Source of the DNA: Gemmatimonadota bacterium | Lineage (GTDB): Bacteria > Gemmatimonadota > Gemmatimonadetes > Gemmatimonadales > Gemmatimonadaceae | Direction of reading: 5' to 3' | DNA length: 64,000 nucleotides | Assembly (NCBI GenBank): GCA_002737115.1 | Contig: NSHR01000009.1 | Span: 730 to 64,729, forward strand | Part shown: positions 1 to 10,204 of the stretch, piece after piece | How the letters are laid out: every line of letters begins with the position of its first letter | Numbering within the stretch: position 1 is the stretch's first letter | Program-made: the position numbers and the translations under genes | Notes under the pieces: generated by a model | Told to the model about the DNA's origin: nothing | The model's database searches: none | Seen by the model: only the letters and a program-made list of their open reading frames with translations

Positions 1-325
1 CAGGCGCTCCACGCGCATCACGCCGTATAGCGCGTTTGCCCAAAGCACCGGCATACGCGGATCCACGTCGGGTGAGCGCGTGCAGGCCGTGGCGAGAACA
101 AGCAGCCCGGACAGGGCACAGACCCAGCGGGCGGGGCGGGACGGTGGAGACGGACGCGATGACATGCCGAGAAAGATGCTACACGACGGCACCGCGGGTG
201 AGGCGCGCGGGTGAGGCGCGTGGGTGGCTGCCGGTAACGGAAGTCCGTAGCTTGCACGGACGCGTAGATCCGTTGTCCCCTCCCTCGCCGCCGCTGACCC
301 GCGCCGACATCTTCCGGAGCGAACC

Positions 326-922
326 ATGTCCCGCCGACCGCCGATGTCTCTTGTGATCGGAGCGGCCGCGCTGTGCGCGACGGCGCTGTGCGCTGCCTGC
401 GCCCGTGGCAGCAGCACCAGTGGCAGCAGCACCAGTGGCGCGGCCTCGGGCCGTCGTCCGGCCACGGAAACCGTGCGCCTAGGGCGGCTCGGTTCGCTGA
501 CCATGCCAACGAACGCACCGACCGCCGATGTCTCACGGATCCCCCATACCGCCGATGCCGTCTGGCGGATCATGCCGTCGGTGTTCGATTCGCTGGGCGT
601 GCCGGTGGCCACGATCGATCCCGCGGGGCGCGTGATCGGCCATCCCGGCTACAACACGCGGCAGCGGCTGGGGAAGGCGCCGCTCAGCCGCTATCTCGAC
701 TGCGGCAATTCGCAGATCGGCCTCAGTGCAGACTCCTACGACGTGTTCCTGACGGTCCTCACCACGGTGCGCGCCGATGGCACGGACGGCGCGGCGCTTT
801 CCACCGTCGTCGAGGCGAAGGCCAGACCGGTGACCTACAATCAGGCCTATTCCAACTGTTCGTCGAAGGGCGGCATCGAACGCCGGATCGCCGAACTCGT
901 GAACGCAAAGCTCGCGCGATGA
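326..922 (+). CDS. Hypothetical lipoprotein
   Basis: 198-aa ORF with a hydrophobic N-terminus ending in a lipobox-like CAAC, then a GSSTS low-complexity linker; its TGA overlaps the next ATG (ATGA at 919-922). Confidence 0.75.
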   Translation: MSRRPPMSLVIGAAALCATALCAACARGSSTSGSSTSGAASGRRPATETVRLGRLGSLTMPTNAPTADVSRIPHTADAVWRIMPSVFDSLGVPVATIDPAGRVIGHPGYNTRQRLGKAPLSRYLDCGNSQIGLSADSYDVFLTVLTTVRADGTDGAALSTVVEAKARPVTYNQAYSNCSSKGGIERRIAELVNAKLAR

Positions 923-2319
923 CGCGGCGAGGCGTGACCGCGCGGTGTGTGGGTCTGCTCCTCGCCGCGGGGAGCATCACGGCGCACGCGCAATCGACGG
1001 GTCAATCGACAGCACAACCGGCGGCGCGCCCCGTGACCGTGCGCGGGGTGGCGTTCGACAGTCTGCACAACGGGCCGCTGACCAACGCGTTCATCATCTT
1101 GAGGGAACGGTCGCAGACCACCACGAGCGACGACAAAGGACGCTTCGTGTTCGAGGCGGTACCGCCCGGCACGTACAACCTGTCGATGCAGCACGCGATC
1201 TTCGACACGTTGGGGCTGTCGGGCGCCTCCGCGCGCGTGACGGTCACCGACGGCAAGACCCCTGTGGTGCTGGCCGTGCCGGCGTTCGCGTCGTTCTGGA
1301 ATCTGGCGTGCCGCGGCATCCCGGTGCCGGCGGCGGACACCGGCTTCGTGTACGGCACCGTGCGCGACGCCGGCGCCCAGCAACCGGTGGCCGAGGCCAC
1401 GGTGCAGCTGTCGTGGATCGACCTCGTGAACCTCGGCACGAAGACCGCCAGCAACGTCACGCAGCGCCGGTGGACCAACGAATCGAACGCGGACCGGCAA
1501 GGCGGCTATACCGTGTGCGGCGTCCCCATCAACATCCCGCTGCAACTGCGGGCGAATTACCTACGCAATGCCACCGGCGAACTCGCCCTCGCCGCCAGCC
1601 CAGACCGCGTGCGACGTCGTGACCTCATCGTGCCGGGACGTACCGCCGCCGACTCCGCTCTCCGCGGTGTGGTGAGCGGCGGCGTGGTGGACGCGGACGG
1701 CCGTCCCGTCGGCGACGTGCGGGTGATTCTGGAAAATGTGCGCGAGGTGCGGACCGACGCCGGCGGACGGTTTCTGCTCCGTGATGTTCCCACCGGCAGC
1801 CATCAGCTGGAGTTCGCGTCCGTCGGCATGACGCCAGTGACGCTCGACGTCGACATTCTCGCCGCCGACACCACGATGGTGTCGGCCACGCTGCGCACCG
1901 TGACCAACCTCCAAGCGCTGAACATTCTCGGCGCCGGCACGCGTGGCCGCGCCGTGCGGCGCTTCGAGGAGCGCCGCCAGCAGGGATTCGGCGCCTTCAT
2001 GGACTCCACGACCATCGGATCGCGCGCCACGCTGGCGGCGGTCTTCGCGGGCTTTGCCGGCGTCACGGTGCAGGCGGCATCAGCGAATGGCCGCCGGTTC
2101 AACATCTACCTGCCCTCCACCGGCTCCGGCCCCTGCTTGGCCATGCTACAGTTGGACGGCATTCAGCAGATCGACCACGAGATCCTGGGGCTGATGCACC
2201 CCGACGACATCGCCGCCGTGGAAGTGTATCCACAACGCCTGACGATCCCGACAGAACTGATGCGCACGGATGCGCGTTGCGGCCTCGTGGCGGTGTGGAC
2301 GAAGCGCGCGTTCCGCTAG
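919..2319 (+). CDS. Secreted protein with carboxypeptidase-regulatory-like (Ig/prealbumin) domains and a C-terminal TonB plug-like domain, no barrel
   Basis: Start reassigned to MTRRGV (ATGA overlap). Signal peptide ending AHA-Q; repeated 'VRGxVxD...TDxxGRF' domains; C-terminal 'LDG...PDDIAAVEVY...CGLVAVWTK' resembles the TBDT plug signature. Confidence 0.75.
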   Translation: MTRRGVTARCVGLLLAAGSITAHAQSTGQSTAQPAARPVTVRGVAFDSLHNGPLTNAFIILRERSQTTTSDDKGRFVFEAVPPGTYNLSMQHAIFDTLGLSGASARVTVTDGKTPVVLAVPAFASFWNLACRGIPVPAADTGFVYGTVRDAGAQQPVAEATVQLSWIDLVNLGTKTASNVTQRRWTNESNADRQGGYTVCGVPINIPLQLRANYLRNATGELALAASPDRVRRRDLIVPGRTAADSALRGVVSGGVVDADGRPVGDVRVILENVREVRTDAGGRFLLRDVPTGSHQLEFASVGMTPVTLDVDILAADTTMVSATLRTVTNLQALNILGAGTRGRAVRRFEERRQQGFGAFMDSTTIGSRATLAAVFAGFAGVTVQAASANGRRFNIYLPSTGSGPCLAMLQLDGIQQIDHEILGLMHPDDIAAVEVYPQRLTIPTELMRTDARCGLVAVWTKRAFR

Positions 2320-2340
2320 ACGACCCCCGCGCTCAGGTGC

Positions 2341-3444
2341 TCACGCCGGTGTCGCGTGTGCGAACAGCTGCGCGCGTACCTCCGGGTTGCTGATCTTCCA
2401 GAGTACGCCGTCGGTGAAGTAATGATGGATGTTGATGAACATGAGAATCAGAATCGGCGCCGCTCGTCCGGGCTCCTCACCGAAGGCACCGGCCACCACG
2501 CCCATGAGCGCGTTCGGCACGATCTGGCTCACGAGAATGCTGACCACCAACAGGGCCGCGGCGTAGATCGCCATGTGTCGGGCGATCTGGAACGGCGTCC
2601 GTGTGGTTCGCCGCGAAGCAACCGAACCGTTGAGCTCCATGCGGATGGGGAAGGCGAGATACTGGATGGAGTGCGCGATCTGCACCCAGAACAAGGCCTT
2701 GGGGTCGCGCGCCATCACCGCATACCACACGAACAGACTGAGCCACGCCACGAGGCTGAGCGTGGGTGGGCGGTGCCCGGTGCGCTGCGCGAAGCGGAAC
2801 AGGCCGTAGCCGCCCACCGCGAACGCGACCACCGTGCCGGCACTGACCACCTGATAGATCCAGGTGACGCCCGAGGGATCGCGTAGCTGCGTGTACAGAA
2901 ACCACGCCACATGCCACGCGAGCAGAATACGGAGGCTCGTTCGCACCAGTCGTCGTTCCACGGGATTGAAGCTCGTGCCCTCGAGCGCGGCGTAGGCCGC
3001 CATCATCCCCCACACCTGTCCGGTGTAATGCCACGCGAGATACACGCTGGCCACCGTGATCATGATGTACACGAACGCCTGCGACTCCTGCGCCTGCCAC
3101 AGGGCGAACGCCATGTACGCCAGCAGGATGGCCGGCACGTACATCGACGCCCATTGGTGCTTAACGATCATGGCGCGGCTGCCATACACCAGCCGGTACG
3201 ACGCCATGAAGTGTGGCATGTTGATGGCCGTCCCGATCCAGGCCTGCACGCCGGCGCTCACCAACAGCAGGTCGGTGCGCCCTGCCAGGAGCAGCGGCAC
3301 CATCACGAGCAGCGACAGTCCACCCACGCACAGCAGGTCGAGCGTGGGGGAGAGCATGGACGCGCGCCCGACGGCAGCGTGCGGAGTCGTGGACGGGGCA
3401 CTCACGCGCGGGCGGGGTGCCGTGTCGGGGCGTCGACGGGACAT
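2341..3444 (-). CDS. Polytopic membrane protein with His motifs (putative membrane metalloenzyme)
   Basis: About 9-10 hydrophobic segments; motifs PHFMASY, WHYTGQ, AHSIQY, IHHYFTD. True start may be Met at 3357. Confidence 0.7.
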   Translation of the reverse strand: MSRRRPDTAPRPRVSAPSTTPHAAVGRASMLSPTLDLLCVGGLSLLVMVPLLLAGRTDLLLVSAGVQAWIGTAINMPHFMASYRLVYGSRAMIVKHQWASMYVPAILLAYMAFALWQAQESQAFVYIMITVASVYLAWHYTGQVWGMMAAYAALEGTSFNPVERRLVRTSLRILLAWHVAWFLYTQLRDPSGVTWIYQVVSAGTVVAFAVGGYGLFRFAQRTGHRPPTLSLVAWLSLFVWYAVMARDPKALFWVQIAHSIQYLAFPIRMELNGSVASRRTTRTPFQIARHMAIYAAALLVVSILVSQIVPNALMGVVAGAFGEEPGRAAPILILMFINIHHYFTDGVLWKISNPEVRAQLFAHATPA

Positions 3445-3584
3445 GCGGGGATCAGCGACGGCGGGGGGGAATCAGGAACGCCACCACGGGAGCTGCAGCG
3501 TGAGGGATACAATACACGACGGGCCGCCGATTGGAGATCGGCGACCCGTGATGCGTACGTGTTGCATACGTGAGCGGCGCGGGG

Positions 3585-4463
3585 TCAGAAGCCCCGCGGC
3601 GGACGCTTATCCCACACAAAGGCACCAGCCGGCACCGCGAAGGCGGCGGTCTGCGGCGTACGGGCACCAGCCGTGGAGCGCGGGAACACGATCAGCGTGA
3701 CTGCCGACCCGGCGACACGCGTGCCAGGGAGCGGCTCGATATCGAGCTTGCCACCCGTACCGGCACTGGACGACGCAGGGGCGCCAAGCAGCGCGATCAT
3801 GTCGGCGAACAGGGGCGTACCGCCACCAGCGGGCTGCACGTTGTACGAGATCGATCCGGTATCGGTGGTCACGAACGACGAGGCCGAAAGCCCCGCGACG
3901 TTGGACCACGTGGCGCCGGCAGGCACCGCCGCGCCCGTGACGAAGCGGCGCACGTCGATCGCGGTCGGCGTGGCGTTGATCACGCGGACCGCGACTTTCC
4001 CGGCTGGCGGTTCGGCGACGGTTTCATTGATGACCGAGAGCTTCATCTGACCGGCGCGGGCGGCGCCCCACAGGATGACGGTGTAGTTCTTCCCCGCCTC
4101 GAGGGTGAGCGTGGAATCCTTGAGCTTCGTCGAGGCGATCGCCTGCAGCGTGTCGTCGAGGAACACGGCAAAGCGCCGCGAGCCCGCCTGCGCCGCGCGG
4201 AACTGCGCGGAGGTAGCGGCGGTGACACCCGATGTGGTGGTGGGCGAATTTCGGAACTGCACGCGGAACGCCGTGCTGTTCTCGACGATGTCGAGGAAGC
4301 GGAAGTCGAGGCCGAACGAGCCGGTGCTGTCCGGTAACGCGTTGATGAACCGGACGCCGGCCGTGGGAATGGCCGGGGTCACGATGACTGATTCAGGCTT
4401 GCACGCGCTCATGCCGGCGAGTGCCGCCAGACCGAGTATCGAAAGCCGAGTAATACGCTGCAT
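3585..4463 (-). CDS. DUF4397-like lipoprotein (SusCD-associated)
   Basis: Lipobox MSAC; two repeats 'VRFINALPD' and 'VRVINATP' plus 'LEAGKNYTV', typical of DUF4397; GGAG RBS upstream. Confidence 0.75.
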   Translation of the reverse strand: MQRITRLSILGLAALAGMSACKPESVIVTPAIPTAGVRFINALPDSTGSFGLDFRFLDIVENSTAFRVQFRNSPTTTSGVTAATSAQFRAAQAGSRRFAVFLDDTLQAIASTKLKDSTLTLEAGKNYTVILWGAARAGQMKLSVINETVAEPPAGKVAVRVINATPTAIDVRRFVTGAAVPAGATWSNVAGLSASSFVTTDTGSISYNVQPAGGGTPLFADMIALLGAPASSSAGTGGKLDIEPLPGTRVAGSAVTLIVFPRSTAGARTPQTAAFAVPAGAFVWDKRPPRGF

Positions 4464-4495
4464 GAAACACTCCGTGGAGGTGGAGACGAGCCCTG

Positions 4496-4984
4496 CTATC
4501 GTTGGAATCGCGGATATCTGACGGCAACAGCGGTATCGGAGGGCACTTTGCCATCGTCACCAAAAAGAGAGCCTTTAATTGACTGGGTGAACACGATCGC
4601 GACCACGCCCAGCACAGCAGCGGTGACCACGGCAGTGCGCGCACGCGAGAAGCGACGTTCCGTGACGGAATTCACGTATTCCGACTTGATGCTGACGCGC
4701 TCCCCCGACCACACCTGCGTGCCATCACGCAACAAGCCGAGCTGCTTGACGGCCAGCGTGTACCCTACACTGTCCTTCTGTACGAGTCGCCCCTGCACCT
4801 TCGCCACCTCCGGACCCATCATCGGCCGGAGCGCCGCGCGCCCCGCGTCGTTGATGACCAGCTCGACCGTGATCCCGACCGGGAACGGCTGCTCGCTAAC
4901 AGGCTGCATGGTGTAGCAGCCCGTCGAGACGAGCAGGGTGACCGCGACGACGATCCGTCGCGAGGTGCTGCGCGCACTCACCAC
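4496..4984 (-). CDS. Hypothetical lipoprotein with C-terminal hydrophobic segment
   Basis: GTG start overlapping the SusD-like stop; lipobox-like STGC; hydrophobic tail AVVTAAVLGVVAIVF. Confidence 0.65.
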   Translation of the reverse strand: MVSARSTSRRIVVAVTLLVSTGCYTMQPVSEQPFPVGITVELVINDAGRAALRPMMGPEVAKVQGRLVQKDSVGYTLAVKQLGLLRDGTQVWSGERVSIKSEYVNSVTERRFSRARTAVVTAAVLGVVAIVFTQSIKGSLFGDDGKVPSDTAVAVRYPRFQR

Positions 4985-6681
4985 CCGTAAACGCTAACCG
5001 GCGCTGCCGACCCGGCCGCGTTACCCGCACCGGGGCCCGCTCCGTAAATGGCCGACACGGCCGTGCCACGCGCCTGCAGATCCTGATACGGAACGGCCCA
5101 GAACAGCGGCGTATCTTTGGGCAGCTCGCCCCAGCCACGGCCGTCGAGGAACCAGGGGGCATATGCCGTATAGGCGGTCTCGATGCGCTTTTCGTACTTG
5201 AGCGCGTCCCAGAGCGTCCCGCACGCCACCACGTTGAACGGTGCGACGGGCACCTTGGGTACACAGTCGGCGCCGCCCGGCATGCGGGCCGTGGCATTGA
5301 ACTCGGTGATGGCCGGCAGTCCGTTGCGCACGCGCGTGACATTGACCAGCGCAGCCGCACCGGCAAAATTACCGGCCCGGTACAGCCCCTCGGCCCACAA
5401 CAGGTCGAGTTCGGGCTTGACGATAAGCGGCGTGGGACCATTGCGGGCGCCGCTGCCGTCGCCGCTCAGATTCCATGGATAGAAACGGACGTGGTCGTAG
5501 TTGGACCAGCCAAAACCGGCCCCCGAGAGCACGTCGTTGCCTCCGGGACGGTTCACGAAGTAGCGCTTGCAGGTGGTGTTGGCCGCCGTGCAGCTGGGCA
5601 GGGAGAAATCGGCCTGCTGCGCCGCGCGGGTGGCGCCCTGCGGAAAGCGCAGGTCGGGCGTGACCATTAAGAAGCCCACGTTGCCCGCACCGCGGTCGGA
5701 CACCGGCTGCGCGATCCACGCCGCATACGAGCCAGACACGTCGGCCATGCCGATGAAGAACGGCGGCATCTGGTGCCACGTGGTGAACGAGAGATACTGC
5801 CCACGCCACGAGTTGGTCGGACCCGTGGTCACGTTGGTCGTGACCAGATGGTCGGTGGTGAATCCGTTGCGCGCATCATCGACGACTTTCGTCCAGTCGG
5901 CCGCCGCCCGCTCGGCCGGCGTGCGCGCCATGTTCGCCCGCAACCGCGCCCGATAGGAACGCACCAGCTGCACAAAGCTCTCCTTCGACCACGATGTCGG
6001 CGACGGGATCCACGCGGTGGGGAGCGGGAAACCCTGCCCACCCGTGGCCGCCGCGTTCGTCAGATCGATGGCAAGCTGCAACGCCAGGTAGGCGGAGTCG
6101 GCCGCCGCCTTATAGCCCACCAGCACGCCCGCCTCTTCCGAGCTCTGGCCCACACTCACCACCGACACCGAGTCGTGCATGAGGGCCGTGTAGCCGATCG
6201 AAATGCCGCGCAGGAACTGCGCAAACGCCTTGTCGCGGTTGGTGCGTTCGGCGCTGCCGAGACTCAGCCCCTTGTCTACGGCCGTCAGGAAGGTGCTGGC
6301 CACCCGGTTCACTTCACCCATAAACGAGAACAGGCGGTACTGCTCACCGGCGCAGACATTGCCCGGCGCGTTGCTGTTGGCCGCACCAGTGAACGGGGTG
6401 CGCGCGTTCTGGCAGCTATTGGCCAAGCTGGAATAGTTCATGAGCGACTGGATGTTCGCCATGCCCTGGAGGTCGCCCGTGCTGCCGTACACGCCCGTGC
6501 TCCACCGCTTGTAATACGTGCCCAACAACGCCTCGGCGTCGTTGGGGGTACCCAGTACGCGCGAAGACTCTCCGGAGTTGGGATTGACCACCCCGAGATC
6601 GGTGTCGTTACAGGCGACGGCTCCGATGAGAGCCACCGCCACAGCGGTCCATCGGACGGATGTTTTCATCATGTCGGCCAT
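4978..6681 (-). CDS. RagB/SusD-like outer-membrane lipoprotein
   Basis: Lipobox AVAC; 'ELDLLWAEGL...VNVTRVRNGL...LKYEKRIE' SusD C-terminal pattern; lies 3 nt after a SusC-like gene. Confidence 0.85.
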   Translation of the reverse strand: MADMMKTSVRWTAVAVALIGAVACNDTDLGVVNPNSGESSRVLGTPNDAEALLGTYYKRWSTGVYGSTGDLQGMANIQSLMNYSSLANSCQNARTPFTGAANSNAPGNVCAGEQYRLFSFMGEVNRVASTFLTAVDKGLSLGSAERTNRDKAFAQFLRGISIGYTALMHDSVSVVSVGQSSEEAGVLVGYKAAADSAYLALQLAIDLTNAAATGGQGFPLPTAWIPSPTSWSKESFVQLVRSYRARLRANMARTPAERAAADWTKVVDDARNGFTTDHLVTTNVTTGPTNSWRGQYLSFTTWHQMPPFFIGMADVSGSYAAWIAQPVSDRGAGNVGFLMVTPDLRFPQGATRAAQQADFSLPSCTAANTTCKRYFVNRPGGNDVLSGAGFGWSNYDHVRFYPWNLSGDGSGARNGPTPLIVKPELDLLWAEGLYRAGNFAGAAALVNVTRVRNGLPAITEFNATARMPGGADCVPKVPVAPFNVVACGTLWDALKYEKRIETAYTAYAPWFLDGRGWGELPKDTPLFWAVPYQDLQARGTAVSAIYGAGPGAGNAAGSAAPVSVYGW

Positions 6682-6684
6682 TTC

Positions 6685-9600
6685 CTAGAAGCGCGTGGAA
6701 AGGGAGATCGTGTACGTGCGGAGGGTCGGGAAGTCGAAGGCATCGACCTGATTAATGAGACCCGAACCAGCCTGACCGCCCGACACACCAACTTCAGGAT
6801 CGTAGCCGCTGTACTTGGTGAAGGTGAACATGTTGCGGCCGATGGCCGACAACGTCCAGTCACCCATGCCGGCCACCTTGCCGATCTGGTACGTGAGGCT
6901 CACCTCGCGGAACTTCGCGTACGAGCCGTCTTCCGTGTTGTAGTTGTTCGGGCCGAGGAGGTCGTAGAACCCGCCCGATCCGGCGCCTTCCGAACCGCCC
7001 ACGCGCCAGCCGTAGCCGAGCGGTTTCGCGGTTTCGACCGAGGCGTTGCCCTGATCGAAGTAGTTCGAGGAGAGGTCGAGCAATCCCCAGCCTTCACCCT
7101 GATTTTGGATGTTGTGGCCGATGGTGGCATCGAGCAACGCGTACAACGACAGCTTCTTGTACGTGACCGTGTTGTTGAGCGCGAAGCGGAACTTCGGCAG
7201 CGTATTGCCGATGATGTGGTTGATGCCGACGCCTTCACCCTTCTCACCCTTCAACGGGCGGTCGACAATGGGGTGCCCGAACTGCAGCGGGAAGTTCCAC
7301 GGCGACTGCGCGGCGGGAAGCTTGGTCTGCCAGAGGTTCTTGGTGATGCCGTCGCGATAGCTGTTGCCCTCACCCGCCCACACCACCCAGCCCTGATCGT
7401 TGACCTGATACGCCTTGCCGCCACCACACTGCGCCTGCAGCGACGACGGCAGATCCGAGCACGTCTTGTAGAACTTGCGCCCCCAGATGTTGCCGAAGCG
7501 GTTCACGGGCACGCCGTCCACCTTGTCCTTGCGCGCCGTGATCAGGAACAGGGAGCCCGTGCCCTGGCCGGTACCAGCGCCGGTGAAGTACTCGGGCATG
7601 AAGAGGTCGGTAATGTACGCGCGGTTCCTGTCCCACGTCGCGCGGGTGTTCCACTGGAAATCTTTCTTCGTGATCACCGGCAGGTTCAGCGCCACTTCCC
7701 ACGTCTTATTCTGCAGCGTGCCAGCGTTCTGCCACTTGCTGGCGAAGCCGAGCGAGGACGGCGTCGGGACGTTGAGAATCTGGTTGCGCGTGAGCGACTG
7801 CGCGTACGTGACTTCGACACCGAGGCGCCCGAAGAGCGTCAGGTCGGTCCCGAACTCGTTTTCGGTGGTGGTTTCGGGCTTGAGCTGCGAGTTGCCAGCT
7901 TGTCCGAGTGAGCAGCCGCTGGCGGAACAGTTGTAGGTCTCGTACTGCGCCGAGAAATTCGGCGTGTTGCCGGCCGAGCCGCGCGACGCGCGGACACGGA
8001 AGTCGGACACCTTGGGCAGACTAAAGAAGCTCTCTTCCGACACGCGCCACACCGCCGACAGGCGGCCGAACGGCGCCCAGCGGTTGCCTTCGCCGAAGAG
8101 CGAGCTGCCATCGTAGCGGTATGTCCCGTCGAGGATGTACTTGCCCTTGTAGTCCACGTTCGCGCCGGCGATACCGCCCATGTTCTTGATCAGCGCGCTG
8201 CTGGAGCCGGTCGAGAAGTTGGTGGTGGTATTCGACAGCGTGTAGATGTTCTTCACGACGTACACCTGGCCCGCGCTGCTGTTGGAGCGCGAGAAGTCCC
8301 GGTCGATGAGGCCGCGGAAGTTGACCTTGGCGTTCAGGTCGGAGGTGATCTGCTTGCGGAACGTCGCGGAAATCTGCGCGTTCATCGACTCACGGTTGGA
8401 GTTGCCGACCGACTGGTTGCCGTTGTTCGTGGCCGCCGACACGCCGTCGGTGCGGTACCCCTTCGTCACGTAGTTGTCGCTCAGGCTGTTGCGGAAGTCG
8501 TAGCTGTAAAGCGCTTCAAACGACGCCCAATCCGAGGGGGTGTACGTGGTGGTCATGCTGGCCAGATACCGCGTGCCGCTGCTGCGACCCGTCTGGTTTT
8601 CCGTGGCGTACAGGAACGTGCCCCCGCCGTTGCCGGTGGGGCGGAAGCCCGTGCCACCACCCTTGATGATGCCGCGGCCCAGCGAGTCGCGCACGAGATA
8701 GTCGGTGCCCGGGGGCGCGCCACGCAGGAGGCCGCCGAAGAAGCTGCCACGGCTATCGGTGCTCGACTTGTCGAACAGCGTGCTGACCGAGACGGTCAGG
8801 TTGGGGCGGATGTCGTAATCGAGATTCACGCGCGCCCGGCGCTGCTGCTGACCCTCGAGATTCCGGATGGCGCCGCGATCGCTGGTGAAGGCGCCGCTCA
8901 CGAAGTAGCGCACCCCACCGGCACGGCCGCTCGCGTCGAGCGAGTTCAGCGTGACCGGGTTCTGTTGGGACATCTGCGCGAAGGCGTTGTAGCGCTGTCC
9001 GGGCCACACGTTGGCCTGGAACACATTGAGCAGTTCGCCGCCGGAGCCGGGGGAGTTGAACTGCGCCGACTGCTGCGTGCGGATGGTGTCCGCGTTCACG
9101 CTGTTGATACGCAGGATCTCTTCCATCCAGTTGAACGTGCGCGAACACGGCGCCACGTTGCCCGCGCCGGCCACGCAGAAGCGCGTACCCGTTTCGTCGA
9201 GCTGCAACGGATGAAACTCGGGGGCACCGTATTGCGAGCTGTTCAGGTCGGAGATGCCGTATTCCGAACGGAAGTTGAACTTGACCTCGTCGCGCAACGC
9301 GCCACGCTTGGTCTTGATCACGATCACGCCGTTCGCCGCCGACGAGCCATAAAGCGCGGCACCGGCCGCGCCCTTCACGACTTCCACCGACTCGATGTCG
9401 AGACCGCCGATTTCATTCAGGCTCTGGTTGCGCAGAATCGTGCCGTCGACGATCAGGAGCGGGCCGGTGGACCGACCGCTGGCGTTGATGGAGGTGGGTC
9501 CGCGCAGCAGGATCTCCGGCGTACTGCCGGGCCGGCCGCTGGTGCTCGCGATACGCATGCCCGCCACCTTGCCTTGCAGCGCCGTGACCGGATTGAGCGC

Positions 9601-10056
9601 CGGCACCGGCAGGTCCGCGGCCGTCACGCGACCGATCGCGAACGGCACCTTCGAACGCTCCGTGCCCTCGATCGAGCCCGTGACCACGATTTCGCTGAGG
9701 CGGTTGATGTCCTTTTTGAGCGCGAAGTTATGCGACTGTGCCCCACCCGTGAGCTTTATCGCCACCATGCCCGGCTGGTAGCCGACCGCGCGCACCCGCA
9801 GGTTGACGGCCTGCCCAAGGGCACGGGCCGCGGGTATGCTGATCGAGTAGGAGCCCTGCGCGTTGGTGGGAACGGAGAGCGTCAACTCGCTGATAAAGAC
9901 GTTGGCGAACTCGATCGGCTGCCCGGCGTCGCCGACCACCTTACCGGTGATGATGGCGTTCTGGGACTGCGCTCGGGCCGCTGACGCCGCGACCATGATG
10001 CCCACAAGGGCACCGGCCACTGCACGCGCGGAGTGAAAGAGGGGCTTGGCGAACAT
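6685..10056 (-). CDS. SusC/RagA-family TonB-dependent transporter
   Basis: N-terminal carboxypeptidase-regulatory-like domain, plug 'DIESVEVVKGAAGAALYGSSAANGVIVIKTKRG', LKPE motif, YSGYDPE, terminal Phe. Start set at MFAKP (GGGAG RBS). Confidence 0.92.
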   Translation of the reverse strand: MFAKPLFHSARAVAGALVGIMVAASAARAQSQNAIITGKVVGDAGQPIEFANVFISELTLSVPTNAQGSYSISIPAARALGQAVNLRVRAVGYQPGMVAIKLTGGAQSHNFALKKDINRLSEIVVTGSIEGTERSKVPFAIGRVTAADLPVPALNPVTALQGKVAGMRIASTSGRPGSTPEILLRGPTSINASGRSTGPLLIVDGTILRNQSLNEIGGLDIESVEVVKGAAGAALYGSSAANGVIVIKTKRGALRDEVKFNFRSEYGISDLNSSQYGAPEFHPLQLDETGTRFCVAGAGNVAPCSRTFNWMEEILRINSVNADTIRTQQSAQFNSPGSGGELLNVFQANVWPGQRYNAFAQMSQQNPVTLNSLDASGRAGGVRYFVSGAFTSDRGAIRNLEGQQQRRARVNLDYDIRPNLTVSVSTLFDKSSTDSRGSFFGGLLRGAPPGTDYLVRDSLGRGIIKGGGTGFRPTGNGGGTFLYATENQTGRSSGTRYLASMTTTYTPSDWASFEALYSYDFRNSLSDNYVTKGYRTDGVSAATNNGNQSVGNSNRESMNAQISATFRKQITSDLNAKVNFRGLIDRDFSRSNSSAGQVYVVKNIYTLSNTTTNFSTGSSSALIKNMGGIAGANVDYKGKYILDGTYRYDGSSLFGEGNRWAPFGRLSAVWRVSEESFFSLPKVSDFRVRASRGSAGNTPNFSAQYETYNCSASGCSLGQAGNSQLKPETTTENEFGTDLTLFGRLGVEVTYAQSLTRNQILNVPTPSSLGFASKWQNAGTLQNKTWEVALNLPVITKKDFQWNTRATWDRNRAYITDLFMPEYFTGAGTGQGTGSLFLITARKDKVDGVPVNRFGNIWGRKFYKTCSDLPSSLQAQCGGGKAYQVNDQGWVVWAGEGNSYRDGITKNLWQTKLPAAQSPWNFPLQFGHPIVDRPLKGEKGEGVGINHIIGNTLPKFRFALNNTVTYKKLSLYALLDATIGHNIQNQGEGWGLLDLSSNYFDQGNASVETAKPLGYGWRVGGSEGAGSGGFYDLLGPNNYNTEDGSYAKFREVSLTYQIGKVAGMGDWTLSAIGRNMFTFTKYSGYDPEVGVSGGQAGSGLINQVDAFDFPTLRTYTISLSTRF

Positions 10057-10175
10057 CGCTCTCCCTGAGTGAAAAAGACGGGTAGTAACCGACGGCACAT
10101 CGCTGCGGGGCCCGAACCCACCCCGCGTCCTGCTTATGCATCACACTGATGCACTTCATTGAACTTGAGTCGCCT

Positions 10176-10204
10176 ACGCTACCCGCAAAACGGGAGTTCC
10201 GCAA
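10176..10204 (-). promoter_or_regulatory. Putative sigma70-type promoter for the SusCD operon
   Basis: Minus strand reads TTGCGG-17 nt-TAGCGT. Confidence 0.4.

Noticed and set aside
1-325. Short ORFs 36-356 (+) and 18-536 (-)
   Set aside because: No motifs, Arg/Pro-rich shadow-like composition, and overlap with the better-supported 326-922 gene.
194-439. Short tandem repeats (gcgggtgaggcgc x2; 15-bp GSSTS-coding x2)
   Set aside because: Two-copy low-complexity repeats that are common in GC-rich DNA.
373-918. N-terminal extension of the 648-aa ORF
   Set aside because: Overlaps the 326-922 lipoprotein; a signal peptide and ATGA coupling support the start at 919.
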